From positions 1 through 17,561 of the forward strand of contig NZ_JAEDAM010000017.1 in NCBI RefSeq assembly GCF_018420025.1: a DNA stretch of 17,561 bases. Reading direction: 5' to 3'. Positions 1 to 8,950 of this stretch are shown piece after piece; the first letter of the stretch is position 1, and every line of letters starts with the position of its first letter. This DNA comes from Candidatus Vampirococcus lugosii. GTDB lineage: Bacteria > Patescibacteriota > Gracilibacteria > Absconditabacterales > Absconditicoccaceae. The notes under the pieces were generated by a model. That model was not told where the DNA came from, did no database searches, and worked only from the letters and a program-made list of their open reading frames with translations. The position numbers and the translations under genes were made by a program.

Positions 1-454
1 ATATTACTTTATCATATTCATCTATCAATACTACTACCTGCTTTCCTGTTTTTTTGTATATTTCTTTTAACAAATATCATAAATTTATACTTTTTGTAAA
101 ATCATTTAATTCATATATTTTATCTTCTATATATATATTCAAATTATATTTTATAAATTCTTCTACATCTTCAAATTTATTATAACTTGCAAAACTTATA
201 TACACTACTGGATTTGTTTCTTCAAAATTTCGTTTATTATAAATATATGTATTTTGGAATAATTCTTTTTCTCACATATACAAATATTTTATCATTGATA
301 ATGTCAACGATTTCCCAAATCTTCTTGGTCTAGACAAAAAATAATATTTATTACTTATCAATAAATTATGTATTGTTTTAGTTTTATCTACATAGTAACT
401 ATTCCTTGTTATCAACTCTCTAAAATCTTGTATTCATATCGCTATTTTTTTCAT
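1..454 (-). CDS. AAA-ATPase-like domain protein (PF09820-type, normally fused to a PD-(D/E)XK nuclease domain); 3' end runs off the window
   Basis: Minus-strand ORF from the ATG at 452-454 to the window edge. Table-25 translation MKKIAIGIQDFRELITRNSYYVDKTKTIHNLLISNKYYFLSRPRRFGKSLTLSMIKYLYMGEKELF... matches the family N-terminal signature (IGIQDF..L....YYVDKT, then F.SRPRRFGKS/T). The Gly in IGI is a TGA codon. Confidence 0.8.
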
Positions 455-550
455 CTCTTTATTTTTTTAATATTACTAAATCTCTTTCATTATATTTTTT
501 TCTTTACCAAAATCAACATTTTTTCCTCGCTCACGGGTGAAATTATATTT

Positions 551-1576
551 TTAAAGTTTCAATATTCTATTTTCAGAAATTACATATAAAAAATCATCTT
601 TAGAAATAATATAATTTTTATTATAATATATATTATTATCTTTATAATTTCTTATTCATATAATATTAACATCTTCTTTTAAATAATTACCTATCAATTC
701 CCATAATTGTTTACCAGTCCATTTTTCATCTAATTCTACTTGATAAATTTCTTTACCAAATCTATTGTCTAATAATTCATATATAATATCACTAACATTA
801 TCAGTTAATGATCTTACAAACAATCTATGTCATATTAGATTAGAATTTATAACTTTATTTACTCAAGCTTTTTGAAATAAAATAATATTTTTATCATCTT
901 TTATTTCGGATAATATATATATTTTTTCGTTTTTTATTCTAATATTCATAATATAAGCCAAAGTATTTTTATCTGCTTGATCATTATTTTCAGATAATAT
1001 TATAAAATTTTTGGCATTTGTTATATTAGACTTATATAAAGATTCATCATTTTCAGGACTACCAGCTACAAAATAAACATCTATTCATTCTCATTGTAAA
1101 TTCAAAATACCATTAGGTATTTTATCTAAATTTGATAAAAAAACTATTTTAGTCTTATTTTCATTATAGAGTTGTCTTATTATGCTATAAGTACTATATT
1201 TTGCTTCTCAATATACAATACTATGATTTCAAAAATTTATAGATAAAGTTCAATTCATTTTTTTTTCATTATTTGTAAATAATATATTTGTAATTTTTAT
1301 AGCTATATCTCAAATTATTCATAAAGTCAAAAGAATATATATCATAGCTAAAAACTGTCATAAATATGTTATAGGATATTTATCTCAATATCATATAGTT
1401 GTAGATGTAATAAAAGCCCACCATAAAATATCCCACCAAGAAGAAAAATATTCATTATTTCATTTTTCAACTAAATATATTAATATAACTAATAAAAACA
1501 TAATAAATAATATAGAAAAAACAGTTTTATTAGTTTTAATCTTATTTCAAATATTTTTAAGTAATACAAAAATCAT
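551..1576 (-). CDS. Two-TM potassium channel with a C-terminal RCK/TrkA_N-like domain (MthK-like)
   Basis: 341 aa, length divisible by 3, first ATG after an in-frame TAA. The N-terminal TM helix is followed by a pore region [22 protein letters not shown]. Its canonical T-x-G-Y-G-D filter has both glycines encoded by TGA (1382-1402). The cytosolic part HSIVYGEAKYSTYSIIRQL...VYFVAGSPENDESL resembles an RCK domain. The gene starts 21 bp after the dnaX stop. Confidence 0.9.
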
Positions 1577-1597
1577 TAGTAAAAATTACTATATAAA

Positions 1598-2848
1598 TTA
1601 ATCAATTTTTATTAAATCAATTTTAATTTCAATTTCTTTATTAAAAATTTTATTCAATATTTTTTTTAATACTTGTAAATTTTTTTCGTTTGTAATTACT
1701 GCATATTGAAATTCATTTGACACATTCATATGTAGATATCAATTTTGAAAAGATTGAATACTTGAATACCTTTTCAAAGCTGTTTTTAAAGAAGTAGAAT
1801 CAATATTTTGAACTATTTTTTCAATTAAATCATCATTTTTATCTATTCATTCATATTTTGTTGTAAAAAATTTAGATAACTCTTTTTTGTAAAGAATAGT
1901 ATTTATAGGATAAATTTTGGAATCTTTAATAATATTTATCATACAATCAGATAATTTAGTATAAAGTTCTTGATCTTCCAAAAAATGTTCATCACTATAT
2001 ACAATTATTTGTTTTGCAAAATCTATCAAATCTATTCATCAATTAGAAATTTTTTGTAATAATTCAAAACTAGATTTTAAATCTAAATTTTTAATATATT
2101 CAATAAATTCTATAATTGTAGAATTTCAAACAATTCATAAAAATTTAATAACATTATCTTCAGTAATTTTTTCAAAAAAGTTTATTTGTTCCAAATACTT
2201 AATTGAATCTCTCATAGCTCAATCAGAATTTTGTGCTATCAAATTTAAAGCTTGTTTATCATAATTATATCATTCTTGCTCACAAATATAAGATAATCTT
2301 GCAGATATATCATCTATATTTAATTTTTTAAAATTAAATACTTGACATCTAGAAACAATAGTATCTTTTATTTTATTTATTTCAGTAGTAGCTAATATAA
2401 AAAATAAATATTCAGGTGGTTCTTCCATTATTTTTAATAATGCATTAAAAGATGAGCTTGAAAGCATATGTACTTCATCTATAATATAAACTTTTTTCTT
2501 CAAAACAGAAGGTGGATAAAAAGCTTTATCTATAATTTCTTTTCTTATATTATCTACTTGTGTGTGAGATGCAGCATCTATTTCTACAAAATCTATATTC
2601 TTATTTTCATTTATACTAATACAAGAAAAACATTTATTACAAGGATTTCAATTTTTAGGATTTTGACAATTAACTGCCTTTGCCAAAATTCTAGCAACAC
2701 TAGTTTTTCAAGTTCATCTAGATCAAAAAAATAAATAATTACTGATTAATTTTTTATTTATTACTTGATATTGCAATATATCTATAATATGTTTTTGATT
2801 TACTACCGTATCAAAATCTCTGGGACGATATTTTATATATAATGACAT
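1598..2848 (-). CDS. dnaX: DNA polymerase III subunit gamma/tau (short form, 416 aa)
   Basis: MSLYIKYRPRDFDTVVNQKHI; Walker A FGSRGTGKTSVARILAKAVNC (three Gly = TGA); Zn module CNKCFSC; KVYIIDEVHMLSSSSFNALLKIMEEPPEYLFFILATTE; IVSRCQVF; SDGAMRDSIKYLEQ. The standard-code ORF 2270..2503 is an internal fragment of this gene. Confidence 0.95.
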
Positions 2849-2886
2849 AAATTATTTATTTATAAATAAAAAAACTATATATAAAC

Positions 2887-2914
2887 TATATATAGATTTT
2901 ATTCTTTTTTTCAA
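2887..2914 (-). promoter_or_regulatory. Candidate sigma70-like promoter for dnaX (TTGAAA, 16-nt spacer, TATATA) inside a recurring AATTGAAAAAAA motif
   Basis: The minus strand reads aaaTTGAAAaaaagaataaaatcTATATA. The TTG lies 66 nt upstream of the dnaX ATG. The same motif and spacing recur upstream of the sufD-like gene. In DNA this AT-rich, such hexamers also occur by chance. Confidence 0.25.
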
Positions 2915-3064
2915 TTTATTATTTATTTATTATTTATATTTTAAATAAATTAATTTATAAATAATATTCATTTTTATTTTTATTTTTCAAAAAATTATTT
3001 ATTAATTTTAATATACAAAACCAAATAAAAATTAGTTTAAATATTTAATTTACTATAATAAATT

Positions 3065-3298
3065 CTATTTACCACCAAAAGAACCTCATCATCGTGAAGA
3101 ACTTGAAGAACTTGAAGAATAATTTCTACATGTTCATACACAAGGTCAATAACTTGTAGAATATATCCAATCTATATTTGCTTTTCATGTTTTCATATCT
3201 ATTTGTTTAGATATTGGTTCAGGACTTTTTCCATAACTTATAAATCATATAACAGACCCCATAACTATACTTACGAAGAAAAGTATATAAATACTCAT
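3065..3298 (-). CDS. Small (77 aa) membrane-anchored or secreted protein with a Cys pair and a poly-Ser/Gly tail
   Basis: MSIYILFFVSIVMGSVIGFISYGKSPEPISKQIDMKTGKANIDWIYSTSYGPCVGTCRNYSSSSSSSSRGGGSFGGK. The ATG lies one base after the stop of the upstream gene, which suggests translational coupling. The N-terminus is hydrophobic. No family recognised. Confidence 0.55.
3096..3120 (-). repeat. 9-bp tandem repeat (gaagaactt x about 2.8) encoding the poly-Ser run of the 77-aa protein
   Basis: The plus strand reads gaagaactt gaagaactt gaagaat. On the coding strand this is (AGT TCT TCA)n. Confidence 0.7.
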
Positions 3299-3299
3299 T

Positions 3300-4754
3300 T
3301 TATTCATTTAATTTTATATTATCTAGTAAATAATTTTTTATTATACCTCCACTATATGGATATTTTTTATTTCATATATAAATATCTCATTTTTTATCAT
3401 TATTATTGAAATAATTTATATTATTTTTATATTTTTCAAATTCATTTAATATTTTTTTATCTTCTTCAGTTTTTATAGAAAATTTTATTCAACTTATATC
3501 TTTAAATTTATTTTTTGTTCAACCATAATCATATTTTTTTTCTCAATCTGGTAATTTTAATATATTATTTTTATCAAAACTTATTTTATAATTTCAATTA
3601 TCTTGATTTTTAAATGAATATTCTTTTGGTCATATAAAAAAACTTAAACTTAAATATGCGAATAAAGCAGATAAAATTAAATTAAGTACAAAATATAATT
3701 TTATATTTTTTATTTTAAATTTAATATATAATACACAATAAGTAACAATAAGTATTAAGAATGATATAATCGGAGATATTCGTATAAGAAAAAGAGAAAG
3801 ACATATAACAACAATACTGGATATAATTATTAAATTATTTTTAATATCTTTTAAATTTAATAAGTTGTTTAATGGCTCATAACTATAAGACACTTCATTA
3901 TATTTATTTAAATATACTTTTTTTCTTTCATAAATTCAAACCTCTTTTTGTGTTCAAGAGGATTCTTTTTCAAGAATATAATCTTTTCAAGAATACGAAA
4001 AATAATAAAGAATAACTTCCTCTCAAATAGTATATGATTTAGTATTTTCTCAATAAATTTTTTCAACTTTAACTTGATTAATTTCATCTATAGTAATATC
4101 TCATTTATTAGTTTTTATATATCAAGAATTTATTTCTTGTATATCAAAAATAGGAATTATTTTCCAACTAAGTTCTGTTTCATCTTTTTTTCAAACATTC
4201 CAATATGCTCTTGATTCAGAAAGATAATTTATTTCTCAAGTTATATCTACAAGCAAATATTCATTATATTCCAAACCTCACAACTCATCCCCTTCTTTCC
4301 ATTCTCATTTATAATTAACTACAGAAGATATAGTATAATTCCTAGATTCTATATCTATATTTTTTCACACTCAAACATTATCAAGAAAAATTGATTTTAT
4401 ATTATGTTGTTGCCAAACGAATTTTGTTCAACAACTTTCACAAGCAAATTCAAGCTGTTTAGTTTCTCAATTTTTGTAATCTTGATAAATTTTTTTTACA
4501 TTTTCATTCATTCTCAAATAATTTCAACAACTTGTACATTGTATAGCTTTTCATCATATTTTTACTTTTCATTCTCTTTGTGAGTATTCTCATCCTTGTG
4601 AATCTTTACAAATGTTTTGATACATTTGTTTATATTTTTTTAGATATGGACTATCAGGTTCTTCTTTTTCTAAGGAAACTAAAAGATTTTGCATCTTATT
4701 GCAATCTTTATTTACATAAGCATCATATAAATCTTTTAGTATTGAAGAACTCAT
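3300..4754 (-). CDS. Membrane protein: N-terminal C4 zinc ribbon, two DUF4178-like beta modules, a TM segment, and a C-terminal domain of unknown function
   Basis: 484 aa, length divisible by 3. Zinc ribbon: IQCTSCGNYLRMN...LEFACESCGTKFVW. The modules YTISSVVNYKGEWKEGDELGGLEYNEYLLVDITGEINYLSES and YTIGEEVILYYFSYSGKDYILEKESSG resemble the DUF4178 pattern. Hydrophobic stretch: LIIISSIVVICLSLFLIRISPIISFLILIVTYCVLYI...LYFVLNLILSALFAYLSLSFFI. It sits directly downstream of a DUF350 gene, a known pairing. The DUF4178 assignment is from memory of the family and was not searched. Confidence 0.65.
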
Positions 4755-4781
4755 AAAATTAAAAATTAAAAATATTAAATA

Positions 4782-4991
4782 TTATCAGTGTATAGCAGCA
4801 GCTATTATTATAGCAATAGATATAAATAAACATCAAATTATAATTCATAAAGATACATTTTCATCTTCTATCAATTCTTTATGTAAAGACCAAGGAGTTA
4901 CTTTATCAAGTACGATTATTATTGTTACAAAAATTAATATTCAAATAAATATATAAACTAAACTTCATATTAAAACATTTGTGTCTAACAT
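4782..4991 (-). CDS. DUF350 (YjfL-like) small integral membrane protein
   Basis: 69 aa: MLDTNVLIGSLVYIFIGILIFVTIIIVLDKVTPWSLHKELIEDENVSLGIIIGCLFISIAIIIAAAIHG. This matches the DUF350 layout: a TM helix, then (D)xxTPxxLxxEIxExxNVAxxI, then a second TM helix ending AAAIH. Confidence 0.8.
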
Positions 4992-5055
4992 TATTTATAT
5001 AATTAATAAATTAAAAGTGTATATTCATTATAAATATTTTTTATTATTTATCAAA

Positions 5056-6003
5056 TTATTTTTGATTTTTTCTTAATTTATTAAGTTTATTTAATTTAAA
5101 ATAGCGAGCTAATTTATTTCATATACTTAAAACAAATCAATCATTATTTTTTATTTTACAAGTATCAAATATACAAATCACTTTTCAAGTATTGGAATTA
5201 CTTATTATATGTTTTCAATTTCAAAATCCTACAAATATTAAACCTTCATTTCATATACTTTTAATATTTCATATATTATTAAATACATATTGTTTTCAAG
5301 TATTTCAACTATTATTTTGATATCATTCATTATCACTATTGTCTTGTAATCATTTATTTCAAACATTATATTGTATTCATAAATTTACACTATTATTTTG
5401 TTCTCAAGAATTTGAAAAATTATATTGTTCTCAATTATTATAACTATTATTCTGTTCTCAAGAATTTAAAGCATTATATTGTTTTCAACAATTAGAACGA
5501 TTATTTTGTTTTCAAGAATTAGATTTATTATCTTGTAATCAATAATTAAAATCATTTTCTTGAATTCAACAATTAGCTACAATAAATTGATTTCAATTAT
5601 TTCAAATATTATATTGAACTCAATTATTTCAATAAATATGTTGAACTCAATTATTTCAATCATTATGTTGAATTCAATGATTAGCAATAATATATTGAGT
5701 TCAATGATTGTCAATATTATATTGTGTTCAATTATTATTTTTATTTATTTGTAATCAATAATTTAAAGAATTGTATTGTTCTCAATCATTTTCAAAACTG
5801 TATTTTCTTCAATAATTACATCTATTAATAAGTTTTGATTCAGACCAATCAGAATTATTTTTAAAATATTTTTTTTCTTGTTTATCTTCTTGACTTTCTT
5901 CATTTTCTTCATTTTCTTGAAGAACTAAACATATACTATAACTAAAATCCTTTTCATCAAAAATATCTAAATTTTCACATTCATTAAATTTTGTAGTTTC
6001 CAT
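5056..6003 (-). CDS. Nonapeptide-repeat protein (consensus G-x-Q-x-N-x-x-N-x, 21 units) with an acidic N-terminus and a basic C-terminus; no recognisable family
   Basis: 315 aa, length divisible by 3. N-terminus: METTKFNECENLDIFDEKDFSYSICLVLQENEENEESQEDKQEKKYF (this is the standard-code ORF 5809..6003). Repeats follow, for example GTQYNIDNH GTQYIIANH GIQHNDGNN GVQHIYGNN GVQYNIGNN ... GEQNNSYNN GEQYNFSNS GEQNNSVNL GIQYNVGNK. Tail: ...KLARYFKLNKLNKLRKNQK. No signal peptide or TM helix is evident. Confidence 0.75.
5245..5811 (-). repeat. 27-bp coding tandem repeat array (21 units, diverged): TGA nnn CAA nAT AAT nnn nnn AAT nnn
   Basis: Plus-strand tca (a minus-strand TGA) occurs at exactly 27-nt spacing at 5269, 5296, 5323 ... 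5782, 5809, with no exceptions (21 in-phase occurrences checked by coordinate). Confidence 0.9.
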
Positions 6004-6154
6004 AAATATGTAATTATATAGTAAAATTATAATAAAATTTATATAATTAAAAAAAATAAAATGTCAATAGATAAATATTATTTTTATATTTTCTATAAAA
6101 GTTTTTAAATAAATTTACTATAAGTCAAATAAAAAAATATATTATATAAAATAA

Positions 6155-7029
6155 TTAATTCATATTGTGCCAAATTTTTCAATTTGATAAAACAAAATAA
6201 GATTTTATATTATTTTTTTCACAAAATTCTTTTCATAAATCAAATCACATACTTAAAATACTTGTAGATAAAGAATCAGTTTTGTATGCAAATTTGTCCA
6301 AGACACTAATAGTTATTATATCAAATTTTTGATTTTTTTCTCAAGGAGTTTTTATATGATGAAATTTATTTCAATTATTATTTTTTCGTTTTCTTATATT
6401 AATTCAAGAACTTGATAAAGAACAATTTGTCAAAGAAAAGTTTATTAATTTATTATTTTGAAGTCAATTTGGAACTGAAACTATCCAATTTTTTCAATTT
6501 TGATTTTTCCCAGATACATATATATCACCACCAACATTAACTAAAAATTATTTACATTATTTAATTTCAAAAATTTAGCTATCAAATCAGACAAATATCA
6601 TTTTCCTATTGCACCAAAATCTAAATTCATACCATCTTGCAACACTACAGTATCTCAAAATATTCATATTTTATTAAAATCTAAATTTTCTTTATTTTTT
6701 TCAAAATCAAAATTATTTATTTCCCAAGATTTTCAATATCATATATTTGACAAATTTACCAAAGGATTAAAAAATCAATTAGTAAAATCATAAATTTCTT
6801 TAGATTTAATCAAAAGTCATAAAAAATCTTGATCTATTTTTAATTTTTTTTCATTATTTAATATAGACAAAAGAGAATTTGGAATAAATCTAGAATATTT
6901 TTTTTCAAAATCACTAGAAATTTGATAAACTTTTTTGATAAGATTATCAGCTTCTTTTTTGTCAGAAACAATTAAACTAATATGTAAAATAGAACCAAGT
7001 CATTTGAATACATATTTAAAAATTTTCAT
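6155..7029 (-). pseudogene. apbE: FAD:protein FMN transferase (ApbE family) split by a 1-nt frameshift in a T5 run. This could be a true pseudogene, a slippage-rescued gene or a homopolymer assembly error
   Basis: Frame A (7029 to 6541) reads MKIFKYVFKGLGSILHISLIV...FNPLVNLSNIGYG...LDFGAIGKGYLSDLIAKFLKLNNVNNF and ends at TAG. Frame B (6547 to 6155) reads FLVNVGGDIYVSGKNQNGKNWIVSVPNG...NKFHHIKTPGEKNQ...DKFAYKTDSLSTSILSMG. Adding one T to AATAATTTTTAG gives a continuous ...NNFLVNVGGDIY, the canonical ApbE motif. Confidence 0.8.
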
Positions 7030-7084
7030 AATTATAAATTAAAGCTTTTTATAAATAAGTTTTTATTAAAATTAAATAATTTAT
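7029..7084. repeat. 56-bp inverted repeat, copy A (partner at 14352-14407)
   Basis: taattataaattaaagctttttataaataagtttttattaaaattaaataatttat. Its reverse complement recurs at 14352-14407 with 55/56 identity. Copy A abuts the apbE start codon. Confidence 0.9.
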
Positions 7085-7282
7085 ATATAATAAATATTAT
7101 TAACAATTCAATATTAAAAGTAATTTATATTTTTTTATTTATTTGATATATCAATATTTTTTAAAATAATTTGAAACTTTGCTAGAAAAGATTATATAAG
7201 TTCTATAGAATACATAAAACAAATATCTGTTCTAATTAATTTTCAATTACGACAAATAAAGACTTGATTTAAGAAAATGTAT

Positions 7283-7317
7283 AAAAAAAACTACAAATTG
7301 TAAATTATTTGTAGTTT
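7283..7317 (-). terminator. Rho-independent terminator after the ftsL-like gene
   Basis: The stem ctacaaat (7291-7298) pairs with atttgtag (7307-7314) around an 8-nt loop. On the minus-strand transcript it is followed by U8 (plus-strand A8 at 7283-7290). It lies 17 nt downstream of the stop at 7331-7333. Confidence 0.65.
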
Positions 7318-7330
7318 AAATTTGAAATTA

Positions 7331-7723
7331 TTAGTTATTACTTGTAAGTTTAACTTCAGTATTTATATAAATAATTCTATCATTTACAGTAAGTCATTGA
7401 GGTTGTTTTCATACATTATTTTGTTTAAATCATGAATTATCTTGTATATCTTGCCAAACTTTTTTTTGTGCTCTTAATACTTCCAACTGTACCAAACTAT
7501 GAGAGAATTTTTCTTCTTCCAAAATCCCCATCTCTTGTCTCAAAAAATATCATTTAGTTGAACTAATATTTACAAAGAACAAATACGACAATATTACAGA
7601 TACTAATATCATAGATATTGTTACAAGTTTCAATTGATTTATTAATCTACGATTTTTTTTAACATTATTTTTAATTTCTATATATTTTTTTGATATACTT
7701 TCAACAAAAACAAATTTATTCAT
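7331..7723 (-). CDS. FtsL-like bitopic cell-division protein (tentative)
   Basis: 130 aa: MNKFVFVESISKKYIEIKNNVKKNRRLINQLKLVTISMILVSVILSYLFFVNISSTKGYFLRQEMGILEEEKFSHSLVQLEVLRAQ... It has a single TM helix followed by a coiled-coil-like stretch, and starts 20 bp downstream of rsmH, the classic ftsL position. The call rests on architecture and synteny only. Confidence 0.55.
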
Positions 7724-7743
7724 TTATTACATAAATATTAATA

Positions 7744-8616
7744 TTATAAAGCCTTTATTATTCTCAATTTTGCACTTCTAGAAGCATTATTTTTTTGTAT
7801 TTCTTGATAAGAAGGTTTTATTACTTTTTTGTTTATGAGTTGAAAGTTTCCAATTCTAGATTTATCCTTAAATTTATATTTTACTATTCTATCTTCTATA
7901 CTATGATAAGTTATTATGAAACATTTTCATCCAGAATTCAAATATGAACCAAAATTATCCAAAAATTTTTCCAAATGTCAAAGTTCATTATTTACTACAA
8001 TTCTAACACATTGAAAGACTACAGATATTTTTTTAGTTCACAATCAAATATTTTTTAATAAATTAACAAAATCAAATGTAGTAGATAATTTAGATTTTTT
8101 CCTTTCTCAAATTATACAATCTGCCATATAATCAGCAAATTTTGTAGTAAAATCTCAATATTTATTAAAAGCTTGAGAAATATCAGATCTATTTCAATTA
8201 TTCAAAAAATCGTAAGCAGAATATTGCGAACTACTATCAAATCTCATATCTAGATTTCAATCTTTTTTTATAGAAAAACCTCTATCTGACAATTTGAAAT
8301 GATCCATATTTACTCATAAATCAAGTAGTATTCAATCAAATTTTTTATCTCATATGTTTTTGGAAATATTTTCCAAATCTGAATAATTATTATTTTGAAA
8401 AATTATTTTATCTCAAAATGAAGTTAAATAAGATTTAGCTTTTTTTAACATTTGTGCATCTCTATCAACCGCAACAAATAATGTATTATCAAAATTTCAA
8501 TTTGAAAAAAAATACTCTATATGTCATCAGTGTCAAATAGTTCAATCCATAAATACAGACATATCCTCTGATAAATTTTCTAATATTTCTTTTGCTAAAA
8601 CTGGAATATGTCTCAT
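7744..8616 (-). CDS. rsmH: 16S rRNA (cytosine1402-N4)-methyltransferase
   Basis: 290 aa: [15 protein letters not shown]...FMDGTIGHGGH (four TGA glycines)...AVDRDAQML...GILLDLGVNMDHF...[16 protein letters not shown]...[14 protein letters not shown]...[18 protein letters not shown]...[14 protein letters not shown]. Confidence 0.95.
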
Positions 8617-8950
8617 TTTAAATAAATTAATCTAAATAATAATTATACAAATAATTTGAAAATAAAACCTCAAAAACATCATAGTTACTATATACTCAAT
8701 AAATTTAAAAAGTCAAAACATTATAAAAAAATAATAATTGACTTTTTATTAAAAGTATTTATTTTATATTTAAAGTCATTTTTCATAAAATTACTAACTT
8801 AAAGAAAAAAAAATTAAGGTTAAAATACTTTTTTGAGATGAATAATTTTATTTTAAATATAATTAAAAATATTTTAAAAACTATATTTAATTTGTTTTTT
8901 TAATAAAAATAATTATAAAACTAGATATTTTATATGAATAAATTTTGTTG

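Noticed and set aside
524-542. An isolated G/C-rich patch (cctcgctcacgggtga) in the spacer between the K+ channel and the AAA-ATPase gene, considered as a terminator or riboswitch fragment
   Set aside because: Only a 4-bp stem (tcac/gtga) with a 2-nt loop can form. This is too weak for a terminator, with no flanking U-run in the right orientation.
368-589. Standard-code plus-strand ORF (73 aa, MYCFSFIYIV...)
   Set aside because: It is low-complexity and lies antisense to the start of the AAA-ATPase gene and the end of the K+ channel gene, both of which have strong family signatures on the minus strand under table 25.
2490-2503. The A-rich stretch AAG AAA AAA GTT in dnaX as a tau/gamma programmed frameshift site
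   Set aside because: It does not fit the A-AAA-AAG heptamer in frame. It also lies in the N-terminal ATPase module rather than at the domain III/IV boundary where gamma is generated, and this DnaX is already short.
2468-2734. Standard-code plus-strand ORF (88 aa)
   Set aside because: It lies antisense to the Walker A/Walker B region of dnaX and has no recognisable motif.
2849-3064. Possible SRP RNA (ffs), which often sits just upstream of dnaX, or another ncRNA in this 216-bp spacer
   Set aside because: The spacer is almost pure A/T, with no G/C-containing helices that could form the conserved SRP domain IV. Nothing structured is visible.
3203-3409. Standard-code plus-strand ORF (68 aa)
   Set aside because: It spans the junction of two minus-strand genes in antisense, and its composition is typical of antisense AT-rich coding DNA.
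5560-5754. Standard-code plus-strand ORF (64 aa, repetitive NSIISI...)
   Set aside because: It is the antisense reading of the 27-nt repeat array. The minus strand gives one uninterrupted 315-codon frame, with TGA at every repeat start.
5245-5811. CRISPR array or noncoding satellite interpretation of the 27-bp periodicity
   Set aside because: There is no alternation of conserved repeats with unique spacers. The variation is codon-phased (conserved TGA/CAA/AAT codons and variable x positions), and the array sits inside a single open frame with distinct N- and C-terminal regions.
8707-8747. Inverted repeat aaaaagtcaa ... ttgacttttt in the rsmH/GT39 divergent spacer
   Set aside because: It is a 10-bp A/T-rich stem with a 21-nt loop, lying between two divergent promoters rather than after a gene. 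I could not support either a terminator or an operator role from sequence alone.
8838-8903. A 21-codon plus-strand ORF (MNNFILNIIKNILKTIFNLFF) in the divergent spacer
   Set aside because: It is too short and compositionally trivial for this genome. There is no supporting signal.
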